NCBI GenBank assembly: GCA_038227875.1
Contig: JBBRPR010000011.1
Location: 32,001 to 96,000 of the forward strand
Direction: 5' to 3'
DNA: 64,000 bases
From: Planctomycetota bacterium
GTDB taxonomy: Bacteria; Planctomycetota; SZUA-567; H5-PLA8
A program made the position numbers and the translations under genes. The notes under the pieces were generated by a model. The model searched no databases and was not told the DNA's origin. It was given only the letters and a program-made list of their open reading frames with translations. Below, in pieces: positions 1 to 8,334 of this stretch (the first letter of the stretch is position 1; each line of letters opens with the position of its first letter).

Positions 1-383
1 GCGAGCAAGTCGCCACGCTGCGACCCCAAGCCGATTGGAAAACGTTGACGATCCCGGAATCGGAACCCCAGACACATTGGTGGGGCGAGCAGACACGCCA
101 GGAAGGATTCGCGTTGTCGCTGAAACGCGTAGCCGGTCCCGCGGCGAAATATATTGGTTATGCAAAAGTCGTCTGCGACCGACCACAAGCCGCCTGCTTC
201 AACACCGGCGGTCATCTCCAGGCGGTCTGGTTAAACGGCGAGACGATCTTTCAAGCCTTGGAATGGACCGGTTATCACGCCGGCAAGGAACGCATTCCGG
301 TCCAACTTCGCTCGGGCGAAAACACAGTGGTCATCGAGACTGGCGCAGAATTCTTCGCCAGTCTCACTGCTGAAGCTCCCTGA
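1..383 (+). CDS. 3' end of a CDS entering from the left; C-terminal beta-sandwich/sugar-binding-like domain (partial)
   Basis: Frame of ORF 45..383 is open back to position 3 (EQVATLRPQADWKTL...); motif VWLNGE...RIPVQLRSGENTVVI resembles accessory domains of glycoside hydrolases. Confidence 0.55.
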   Translation, partial: EQVATLRPQADWKTLTIPESEPQTHWWGEQTRQEGFALSLKRVAGPAAKYIGYAKVVCDRPQAACFNTGGHLQAVWLNGETIFQALEWTGYHAGKERIPVQLRSGENTVVIETGAEFFASLTAEAP

Positions 384-385
384 AA

Positions 386-2989
386 TCACTTCACGCCGCA
401 AATTTTTTCGGCCTTCCATGTCAGGTCCACGCGCATGGCGCGACGGTTGTAGGTGTCCATCACGTAGATGTGATTTTCCGTGAAGCCCGCGCCCGTCGGC
501 CAGGCCATGGGAATCTCGGGCTGGCCAGACGCCGCTTTGCTCGGGCTGCCGCTCGTCGTGTTCGGATTGCTGTATTGAGCATCAAAATTCCCGTACTTGC
601 CGAATTCCAGAATCAGATTGCCCGAGTTGTCGTAGAGCAGCACCGAATTAGTCATCGCGTTGGGTAAAGCCAGGCGTCCGTAGCGGTCGAGATCGAAACG
701 CGGCACGCGGCAGACGCAGCACGTGTTGTTGCCGAAGGCTTCTGCCGAACTGCTGAACGGCGCGATGCCAGGATAGGTGTTGATCACACCATTCAGTTCC
801 GCCGCTGATGCCGAGCCCTCCGGACCGGGCATCGAACCGCCCTCGGGACTGAACTTCACCACGCTGCCGACAGAGACGCGATAGCCCTGATCCTTTTCGT
901 AACCTTTTGCCGGAACAAAATTCTTCGGCCGGTACATCATCGCCATGTAAATGTTGCCCTTCAGATCCACCCGAATGTTCCCGGTCATACAGGGCACCGG
1001 ACCAATGATCGCGCCATTCATGCCTTCGGGGTATTTCTTTCGTCCTTCGGGCGTTTTCGCGGGGAATGAGCCTTCGAGATACTTGCCCTTCATCGGTTTG
1101 CCGTCGCTGCCAAATCCGCCGACAGCGTACGCGACCCAATCGTACATGAACGTGATGTAGCATTTGCCGTCTGGACCGACTCCCAGGCCGCGTTCAGCAA
1201 AACCGCAACCCATGCGGCTGTAGATGTAGGGACTGATCGTATGCGTGCCGGATTCCTTGTACGGCGCCGGAGCCAACTCGTGATTCAGCCGTTCGAACGG
1301 CCCGGAATAGCCATCGCCCGTGCGAATGTACAGCAGTCCGTCGTAACCCACGGCAAGATCGGTGCCGTAGAACGGTTTGCCGTCTTTCTTCAGCAGATCC
1401 CCTTCTCCGGTCTTGCCATCGAAGCGCCAAACGCGGTTGGTGCCATTCGAGACGTAGATTTCATCGCGATCGTAGTCAGCGGCGAGTCGGTACCAGTCCT
1501 TGGGAATACTGTCCTTCACGGCGAATTTCGTCTTGATCGGTTCGAACGTTGAGCCCTTGTCTTCCAGCGCGGTGACTCCGCCTTTCACGCCGCCGATCCA
1601 AAGAATCGTCTTCTCCTTGCCCACTGAAAGTGCCAGGGACTGATTAATGTTCGCCCAGTTGCCAGGCGGAAATTCCAGCGTGGCCACGGCCTTGGCGCCG
1701 TCCTTGTAGTTCTCAAACTTATGCAGCACGCATTGAAAGGTGCCGTACGAAAGGCAGTCGAACTGTGTGATGTAGATCTCGCCGGTTTTGGGATGCACGG
1801 CGACAAGATGTGGATTCTTGATGGGAATGCGGCCCAGCACTTTGCCCTCGGCGTCGAAGACCGAAATACAGCCCTGCTCGCGATTGGCGACATAGACGTT
1901 GCCCTTCGCGTCGACGGCCGTCTGATGCACCGGCCCTTTGGGCGCAGTGAAGTTCCCCGTGTTGGTGCATGCCGTTAACCACGCGCCGCCGTTTCCTTCC
2001 TTGTGAGCGACGGGAATGGTGACGAATTCCTTGAACTTCTCCGTGCCCGCCAGCGGCGCGCGATAGACGCGGCCCGGCGGAAAATTCGGATCGTACTTGT
2101 AGCCGTAAGAATTGGTGTTGCTGTACGGACCGGACAAGTACACCCATTTACTATCCGGCGAAATGGTAATCATGGAGGGACCACCACCGGAGTTCATCGC
2201 ACCACCTAGATCGCGCGACGCAAATTTCTCTCCTTTCACTGCTCCATTGAGATTCAACGTCAGCAGCTGCGCGCCGTTGGTCATGATCAGTCCTGAGTCT
2301 TTCGAAGCGCTCAGCAGCATCAGCGCCTTGTTGCCCCAGTAGCCACCCGGCTGGCCATAGAAGTCCGGATTCAGATTGCGGAGATTACGCGGCATCCATG
2401 CCTGGCGATCGTTGTCGAAATGCGCGATGTCTTTCATTGCATCCGGCGGCAGGTCGGCGGGAAACGGAATCAATTCGCGCAAGTAACGGCCTTCACCATC
2501 GAAGACACGCACGCACATGGCCGTCTGATTGGCCTCGCCGCCGGCACCTGAAATGTAAACATTGCCATCTTCGTCGGTCACAATGCTGTCAATTGAACCA
2601 AAGTTGTATGGTTCTGCGCCAATGAGCCGCCCGAACTTGACGCCCAATCCCGCGCGCACTCGCACCTGAAACGGACCCTCGACCGCGGGCTTCCCGTAAT
2701 TGTCCTTGCCGTCCCAAGTCAGTGTCTGACTCAATCCGGCCTTGAGCGGCTCCGGCGGCGGCTTCTCGCCGCCGAGAACGCCCGCGGCCAGATGCCGCAC
2801 CACCCCTCCCTTGGCATTCAGCACCGATACTTCCACGTCCGTCGGCTTGGACAGCGCGAACGTAATCGAGGCACCATCGCCGCTCTTGCTGACGGCGGGT
2901 GCCGAGGCAAACGAGGCGTCCTCCGCATGCGCAACAACGGTCAGCGTAAGTAATAGTGCCAGCACGGAGCGTGAAACGAAGCAGCGCAT
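386..2989 (-). CDS. Secreted protein: N-terminal FlgD Ig-like domain plus NHL/beta-propeller repeats
   Basis: ATG at 2989 with GGAG upstream; signal peptide MRCFVSRSVLALLLTLTVVAHA; DVEVSVLNAKGGVVRHL...LTWDGKDNYG (FlgD-Ig); repeated AVDxxGNVYV, LAVGYDGLLYI, FGKYGN motifs. Confidence 0.75.
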   Translation of the reverse strand: MRCFVSRSVLALLLTLTVVAHAEDASFASAPAVSKSGDGASITFALSKPTDVEVSVLNAKGGVVRHLAAGVLGGEKPPPEPLKAGLSQTLTWDGKDNYGKPAVEGPFQVRVRAGLGVKFGRLIGAEPYNFGSIDSIVTDEDGNVYISGAGGEANQTAMCVRVFDGEGRYLRELIPFPADLPPDAMKDIAHFDNDRQAWMPRNLRNLNPDFYGQPGGYWGNKALMLLSASKDSGLIMTNGAQLLTLNLNGAVKGEKFASRDLGGAMNSGGGPSMITISPDSKWVYLSGPYSNTNSYGYKYDPNFPPGRVYRAPLAGTEKFKEFVTIPVAHKEGNGGAWLTACTNTGNFTAPKGPVHQTAVDAKGNVYVANREQGCISVFDAEGKVLGRIPIKNPHLVAVHPKTGEIYITQFDCLSYGTFQCVLHKFENYKDGAKAVATLEFPPGNWANINQSLALSVGKEKTILWIGGVKGGVTALEDKGSTFEPIKTKFAVKDSIPKDWYRLAADYDRDEIYVSNGTNRVWRFDGKTGEGDLLKKDGKPFYGTDLAVGYDGLLYIRTGDGYSGPFERLNHELAPAPYKESGTHTISPYIYSRMGCGFAERGLGVGPDGKCYITFMYDWVAYAVGGFGSDGKPMKGKYLEGSFPAKTPEGRKKYPEGMNGAIIGPVPCMTGNIRVDLKGNIYMAMMYRPKNFVPAKGYEKDQGYRVSVGSVVKFSPEGGSMPGPEGSASAAELNGVINTYPGIAPFSSSAEAFGNNTCCVCRVPRFDLDRYGRLALPNAMTNSVLLYDNSGNLILEFGKYGNFDAQYSNPNTTSGSPSKAASGQPEIPMAWPTGAGFTENHIYVMDTYNRRAMRVDLTWKAEKICGVK

Positions 2990-3049
2990 GGTCGTTCTCC
3001 CAAATTCAGACGTCGACATTTGTCGCGCCATGACGACAACACAATTTTC

Positions 3050-4291
3050 CTACATTACTTGAGCAGCACGATTCGGTGGCGTCGGTGTCAACTGCAGCGG
3101 CAAGCCCACCCGCACCGTCGGACGTCGTGGCTGCTGGATCTTCCACAGCAGCAGCGCTGCCGCCGTGCTGCCAAGATGCTCGTTCGATGCGCGAATCGCG
3201 CGGACGCGCCCGAGTTGCGGCGCATCGGTCGCACCGGCCGCCATCAGCGGCAGTCCACGTTCAGAAAAGACACGTTGAATCGCGTCAGCTTGCGAATGCG
3301 CGTGGCACACAATCGCCTCGGGACGCTCCCCTTCCGGCAGGGCGACAAGCTTTTCCGCCAACGGCATCACATAGTTCGAGAAGGAGTAGTGCACCCATTC
3401 TGCAGGACAGGGCAGGTGCGACTCGTCCATGCCCATTCGCCATGCGCCCTGCCGGAGGAAACTATCCGGATTGGGCCACGCGTTTTCGGGCGCGTAGTAC
3501 GCCGGACCTTTGAGCATTTCACTGAAGCGCTCGACAGGACGGTGCGTCCAGGCGCCGACGAAATGAATCCGTTTGAACCCCGCGGCCGCATATTCCCGCA
3601 CCACCGCGCGGTACGCTGGGAAGGGATCGAAGTACACCTGATCGGCCTTGGTCAAAAATTGTTCTTCGGGATTGTCCACCAGCACCGTCGGAATGCCCAG
3701 TCCGAGCAACTGCTCCGTCCATTCCGGATCGGCGATGCTGCACGCCAGAATTCCATCGAAGCGACCTTCCCGGACGGCCTCGAGAGTCGGATGACGATGG
3801 CGGACGTCGAGTGCTTCGCCGAGCACTTCGATCGAACAGCCGCGCGACTCCGAAAGCCAGCGCCCGCGCGTGGTCTGGTGATTCTGCACTTTGGGAAAAT
3901 CCGGGACTGCTTTTTCGAGACCGTACTCTGCCAGTACCCCGCGCAGCATTTCGCTGAGGTCCGCGCCGTAACGGAAATCGGGAAAGAACGAATGCGGAAT
4001 CAACATTCCCAAGCGCAAAAAACGACTGGGGAAAAGAGGGCGCTGCGACGGATCAGCGACAAACGACCCACTGCCTCGCCGACGAACGATCAGGCCTTCG
4101 CGGGACAGATCGTTGAGCGCACGGACGACAGTGACCTTGCTGGCGCGCAGCGTTTTCGGCAGCTCCTTTTCCGACGGCAATTGCATCCCCGGCGCGAACG
4201 TGCCGTCCAGGATCTGCTGGCGCAGTTTTTCACGAACGCGTTCATGCTTGGTCGCGGGGGCCTTTAAGGCGGATCTGCGGAGCGTGTCCAT
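3050..4291 (-). CDS. GntR-family regulator with LacI-type effector domain (AraR-like chimera)
   Basis: N-terminal wHTH LPSEKEL...SKVTVVRALNDL..EGLIVRRRGSGSFV; C-terminal FDGIL, IPTVLVD, PEAIVC segments. Confidence 0.85.
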   Translation of the reverse strand: MDTLRRSALKAPATKHERVREKLRQQILDGTFAPGMQLPSEKELPKTLRASKVTVVRALNDLSREGLIVRRRGSGSFVADPSQRPLFPSRFLRLGMLIPHSFFPDFRYGADLSEMLRGVLAEYGLEKAVPDFPKVQNHQTTRGRWLSESRGCSIEVLGEALDVRHRHPTLEAVREGRFDGILACSIADPEWTEQLLGLGIPTVLVDNPEEQFLTKADQVYFDPFPAYRAVVREYAAAGFKRIHFVGAWTHRPVERFSEMLKGPAYYAPENAWPNPDSFLRQGAWRMGMDESHLPCPAEWVHYSFSNYVMPLAEKLVALPEGERPEAIVCHAHSQADAIQRVFSERGLPLMAAGATDAPQLGRVRAIRASNEHLGSTAAALLLWKIQQPRRPTVRVGLPLQLTPTPPNRAAQVM

Positions 4292-4421
4292 GACTTCTTA
4301 TACACCAGAACATAGAGGCAATTCAAATAAAACATAGATGCTCTTTAAAAGTCACAAGTATCAAATTTAAATAGTCTTGTGAACATAAATTTAAATTAGA
4401 GGGAGACCGTGCGTATTTTGT

Positions 4422-4631
4422 TTACTGCCGTCCCTTGTTCCATTGACCGGGAAACGTCCCATCAGAGTTCAAGCGAATGGATTTGTTGTCTACCTGCGCA
4501 TGGAGCACGATGTCGCGCACGCCCGGCGCTTCTGCGAGGGCCTTTTGCACCCAGTTAGCTGCGGCCTGCCGCGCCTCAATGTCGTCACGAGCTTCCAGAT
4601 CCACCAAAACCTTCAAGACGTACTTTGCCAA
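4422..4631 (-). CDS. Small hypothetical protein (69 aa, MAKYVLKVLVDLEARDD...)
   Basis: TTG at 4631 preceded by CAGGAG; protein-like composition. Confidence 0.6.
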   Translation of the reverse strand: MAKYVLKVLVDLEARDDIEARQAAANWVQKALAEAPGVRDIVLHAQVDNKSIRLNSDGTFPGQWNKGRQ

Positions 4632-5012
4632 GTCGCACTCCTGCTGATCTCGAACTGAAATTCGCTTCAAAAATGTGTTACCAAGTCAAAATGACCCGCG
4701 GGCCACGTGGCCCGCGTGCGCATACATCAGTTACCACTGTTTCACGTTTGAATCAACTGGCAGCCTGAGATACTGCGGATTCAAACGAAAATTTGTGGGG
4801 ATCAGGTGTAGAGGGATGGAATGTGCATCGAATTCCAGTGTTGTTCGAACTTTCGGAGGCTCCGAACGCAGTTTCAACTTGCGCGCGCGAACAAGAATGT
4901 CATACTGCTGAGGACGTCACGTTGCGGTGCCCATCGTTTGTTCGGGGTTTTGTCGGTGTATGGCACCGGCATGAGTTCGAGCACTTAGAGGGTTAAGGGA
5001 CGAACCAAGTCA

Positions 5013-5762
5013 ATGCCGCTGGTCGCTAAATACGGAATTATATCGGATATTCACGCCAACTACACAGCCATGAAGGTGGCGCTTGATTACCTTCAGATGG
5101 CAGGTGTGGATAAGATCCTCTGCCTCGGCGATCTCGTCGGGTATGGGGCTGAACCGTTTGAATGCATTCAGGCTGTAAAGGACAAACCCAACATCTTCAC
5201 GATCGCCGGCAATCACGACCGCCAGGTGATCGGCGACAAAGACGCCCGCATGCGCAAGACCGCGGCGAAGGTGCTGGAGTGGACCGCCGACAACATCTCC
5301 CCTTCCAATGCCCGGTTCTTGAAGCAGCTCCCGCAGGGCATGACCATCGATGACACGTTCATCATGGTTCACGGCTCGCTGGTTGAGCGCGATGCGTACA
5401 TTCTCAACCCGCAGGAAATCAGCAAGAACCTCACCTGCATGATCAACGACTTTCCGACGATGAAAGTCTGCTTCTTCGGCCATACGCACATTCCGATGCT
5501 GATCAACACCAAGTCCGTCCAGACCGAATTGCGCGAAACGAAAACCTTCCAGCTTGATCCGCGCGACGTCTACCTGATCAACCCCGGAAGTGTCGGCCAG
5601 CCCCGCGACAAATGCCCGCTGGCAAGCTTCGGCATCTTCGACGCCGAAAACTGGCGCATGACCTTCTACCGCAAGCCCTACGATTTCCGCCTCGCGCAGA
5701 AGCTGATCATCGACAACGGCCTGCCGGAGAAATTCGCGCGCCGCCTGGCTGTCGGAGTCTAA
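5013..5762 (+). CDS. Calcineurin-like metallophosphoesterase
   Basis: Motifs SDIHAN, GDLVGYG, GNHD, HGS, GHTH, NPGSVGQPRD. Confidence 0.92.
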   Translation: MPLVAKYGIISDIHANYTAMKVALDYLQMAGVDKILCLGDLVGYGAEPFECIQAVKDKPNIFTIAGNHDRQVIGDKDARMRKTAAKVLEWTADNISPSNARFLKQLPQGMTIDDTFIMVHGSLVERDAYILNPQEISKNLTCMINDFPTMKVCFFGHTHIPMLINTKSVQTELRETKTFQLDPRDVYLINPGSVGQPRDKCPLASFGIFDAENWRMTFYRKPYDFRLAQKLIIDNGLPEKFARRLAVGV

Positions 5763-5764
5763 AC

Positions 5765-5931
5765 GGCGGCTCTTGGCTGTCAGCTCTTGGCTCTTGGGAG
5801 TCGCAAGCGGAAGAGTTGTCACACGATTTAATTTATTTCGCAGGAAATGCAGGCCGCGTCCGTTAACTCAATAGATCACACTTCATTTTGAATCGTAACT
5901 TAACCGTCAGGTCCAAGAGCCAAGAGCCGCC
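5765..5931. repeat. Intergenic element bounded by inverted GCTCTTG/CAAGAGC heptamer arrays
   Basis: Left ggcggctcttggctgtcagctcttggctcttgg (5765-5797); right ccaagagccaagagccgcc (5913-5931) is its reverse complement. Confidence 0.7.
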
Positions 5932-5935
5932 TCTC

Positions 5936-6610
5936 ATGTTCACTCTCGACCGCCGCCAATTCCTGCTCGCGCTGCCCAAGCATCTGCTCCTGGCTGCCGC
6001 GTTCGGCGCGGGGGCTGGCGCGCTCATTTTCCTGTTGAAGAACATCGACCTCGACGGCCAGTGGCGCATGGCGCTGCTGCTTCCGATTGGTGCGGTTTAC
6101 GTCAACGCCGTCGTGCTGCCGCTGGCGATTCCCGGGCGGCATTACGGCTTCGCATTCATCTGTTCGATGCTGATGTTCCTGATCCTGATCGCGGGCATGA
6201 TCCTGGCCACGAAGATTCCCCTGCCGCACAGCCAGATCGCCGGCCTTCCGCCCCTCACGAAAGTCAACGCGCTGACTTTCGGCGCCGTGCTGACCGGCGC
6301 GTGCCTGGGGCTGTTCTATGGATTGTTCTCCGACCTGCGCAGCGCGCGCATTTCCGGAGCGATCGTGGGCGCCGCGATGGGCTACACGCTGGGCTTTTTC
6401 AGCGTGGACCTGATCTCACACGACCCAGCCTCCTGGGACACGCTGCTTTACACCGGCCCCGCGAACTTCGCCTGGCAATGCGGCGGAGCGCTGACGCTGC
6501 TACATCTCGCCGGCTGCGTCGGCGCAATGCTCGGCGCGCGCCCCACAGGAACAAAGCCATTGCCTCCAACACGAAAAGCCAACGCCAAGGTTGGTTCGTC
6601 TAAAGCCTGA
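5936..6610 (+). CDS. Hypothetical multi-pass membrane protein
   Basis: About six hydrophobic segments; ATG at 5936 in frame with ORF 5888..6610. Confidence 0.7.
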   Translation: MFTLDRRQFLLALPKHLLLAAAFGAGAGALIFLLKNIDLDGQWRMALLLPIGAVYVNAVVLPLAIPGRHYGFAFICSMLMFLILIAGMILATKIPLPHSQIAGLPPLTKVNALTFGAVLTGACLGLFYGLFSDLRSARISGAIVGAAMGYTLGFFSVDLISHDPASWDTLLYTGPANFAWQCGGALTLLHLAGCVGAMLGARPTGTKPLPPTRKANAKVGSSKA

Positions 6611-6650
6611 AATTCCTGCAAGCAGCCGTCTCTTCATCCGTAAACCCAGC

Positions 6651-7130
6651 ATGAGCAACTCGCGTTGGTCTCTGCGCTTGAACGGGAATGCATTAGCAGC
6701 AGTGCTTTTTGCCGTGGCGTCACTATTTCTCATTCAAGTCGATGGAGATGGAATGGGATGCAAAGGATCGTTTTGGATTCCCTGGAGCGGATACCCCCCG
6801 GAGATCATCTTCGCAGTCATTAAGATTTTACTCATGGTCGCGTTTACGATTCCGATTTTTCTAGTCGTTGGTTTCTCTTCTAATCCGTAAAGAAAAAGTC
6901 GTCCCGCGCGATCCAGGTTTCAATTTCATCTCAGCACTGGCCTGGTGGCGATTCTCGCCATCGCCGCGCTATTGAATCCCATCGTCAAGCAATGCCTGTA
7001 TTCAGCGCGAGCTGGAATCGGCACCATCCTACTCTGCGCGGGAGTTGTAGTGCTGATCGTGGATGCGTGGGAGTTCTTGCTTCGGAGCAATCCAACAAAA
7101 CAAAAATCGCGAGTTTCCTCGCGATTTTAG
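6651..7130 (+). pseudogene. Small membrane protein gene interrupted by one in-frame TAA (6888-6890)
   Basis: ORFs 6591..6890 and 6945..7130 share a frame; the gap reads RKSRPARSRFQFHLSTGL with no further stop. Confidence 0.5.
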
Positions 7131-7156
7131 ACTGCTGAATTTTAAGTACGCAGTGA

Positions 7157-8281
7157 TCAGTCCAGCCAATCCCGTTCCTTCAGCTTCCGCGGCAGATAGT
7201 CCGTCGTCAGAAACCGGAAATCCTTGTTCGCCAGCGAATCCAATTCATACTTCAATCCGCTCTTGATCATGTACGTGATTTCCTGCTGCCATTCCTTCTT
7301 CTGAAACCACGGGTACGCCATGATTTCCTTGGCGCGGGCCACGTCCTTGTCATTCAACTTGATACCGACGTTGCGCGGCAAGCCGTAGCTGTCCGGGTCT
7401 CGGCTCGACAGCCCGACGAATTTGCAGTCCGGAATCGCCATACGCTGGCTTTCAAACGCCAGATTGATCGAGCCCTGCTTAACCACCGAGTAAATGTAGT
7501 ATCCCCACGGGTCGTTATCGACGAGCACCAGTACAGGAAGGCTCCATTCGTCGTGAAGCCGGCGCGCTAAACGGCGCACGCCGCGCGGCGGCTGACCGTT
7601 TCCGGTGAGCAGGACGCAATTGTGCTTCTTCCAGAATTTATCTTCCGACAACCGGTTAAACTGCGTGCCTTTTTCGATGAGGAGCACAAAGTCCGCATCG
7701 CACTTTTTAATGTCGAGTTCGCCGGGTTCCACAATCGAGGGAACGGTCTTTCCAGCCTTGCCTTGTCGCGTGCAATCAATGGTGTCGCCGCCTTCAACGA
7801 TCGTGATTGGACCCACAATCGATCCGGCTTCGGCAGCGCGAACATGCAACTCTTCACGCAACAACGCCAGTGACACTTCCAGATCTTCGATGCACGGATC
7901 GGATTCATTCTGATCGTCGAATGTGTTTTCGCTCGTGCCCTTGATCGTGTGTTTCGTGCGGTAGTAAATTTCGCGGAGGCTGGTTGAGAGATTTTCCTGG
8001 CGCTGCAATTCCATCAATGCGTCGGCCACCACAACCGTCTGCATGAACTTCTTGGCCATGCTCAGATTAAAAAACTGGCGCTCAGTCTTCGACTTACCCA
8101 TTTCAATGATGCGGCTCTTCTTATTGAATTCGACGTTGGACAGCGAGCGCACAGGGATGTCGAATTTCGGATCGTCGCCGGCCTTGGCGGCTGCGATGAC
8201 CGTGTCTGCCAGAGTTTCCAACAGTCCCGCTACTTCCTTGCTGCCCCGGCGTTTGACCGCAGATGCTTTCTTCGCAACCAT
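7157..8281 (-). CDS. top6A: DNA topoisomerase VI subunit A (Spo11-like)
   Basis: Catalytic winged-helix motif SLREIYY, TOPRIM IEKG and LVDNDPWG (DxD), C-terminal KYELDSL. Confidence 0.93.
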   Translation of the reverse strand: MVAKKASAVKRRGSKEVAGLLETLADTVIAAAKAGDDPKFDIPVRSLSNVEFNKKSRIIEMGKSKTERQFFNLSMAKKFMQTVVVADALMELQRQENLSTSLREIYYRTKHTIKGTSENTFDDQNESDPCIEDLEVSLALLREELHVRAAEAGSIVGPITIVEGGDTIDCTRQGKAGKTVPSIVEPGELDIKKCDADFVLLIEKGTQFNRLSEDKFWKKHNCVLLTGNGQPPRGVRRLARRLHDEWSLPVLVLVDNDPWGYYIYSVVKQGSINLAFESQRMAIPDCKFVGLSSRDPDSYGLPRNVGIKLNDKDVARAKEIMAYPWFQKKEWQQEITYMIKSGLKYELDSLANKDFRFLTTDYLPRKLKERDWLD

Positions 8282-8334
8282 GTTTCAAATCTCCGTTCCG
8301 AACTCAGATGAAGCCGCCAAAATTGCGCTCAAAT

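Noticed and set aside
3020..4267. 415-aa plus-strand ORF
   Set aside because: Antisense shadow of the GntR regulator; no recognisable motifs
5010..5822. 270-aa minus-strand ORF
   Set aside because: Antisense shadow of the metallophosphoesterase
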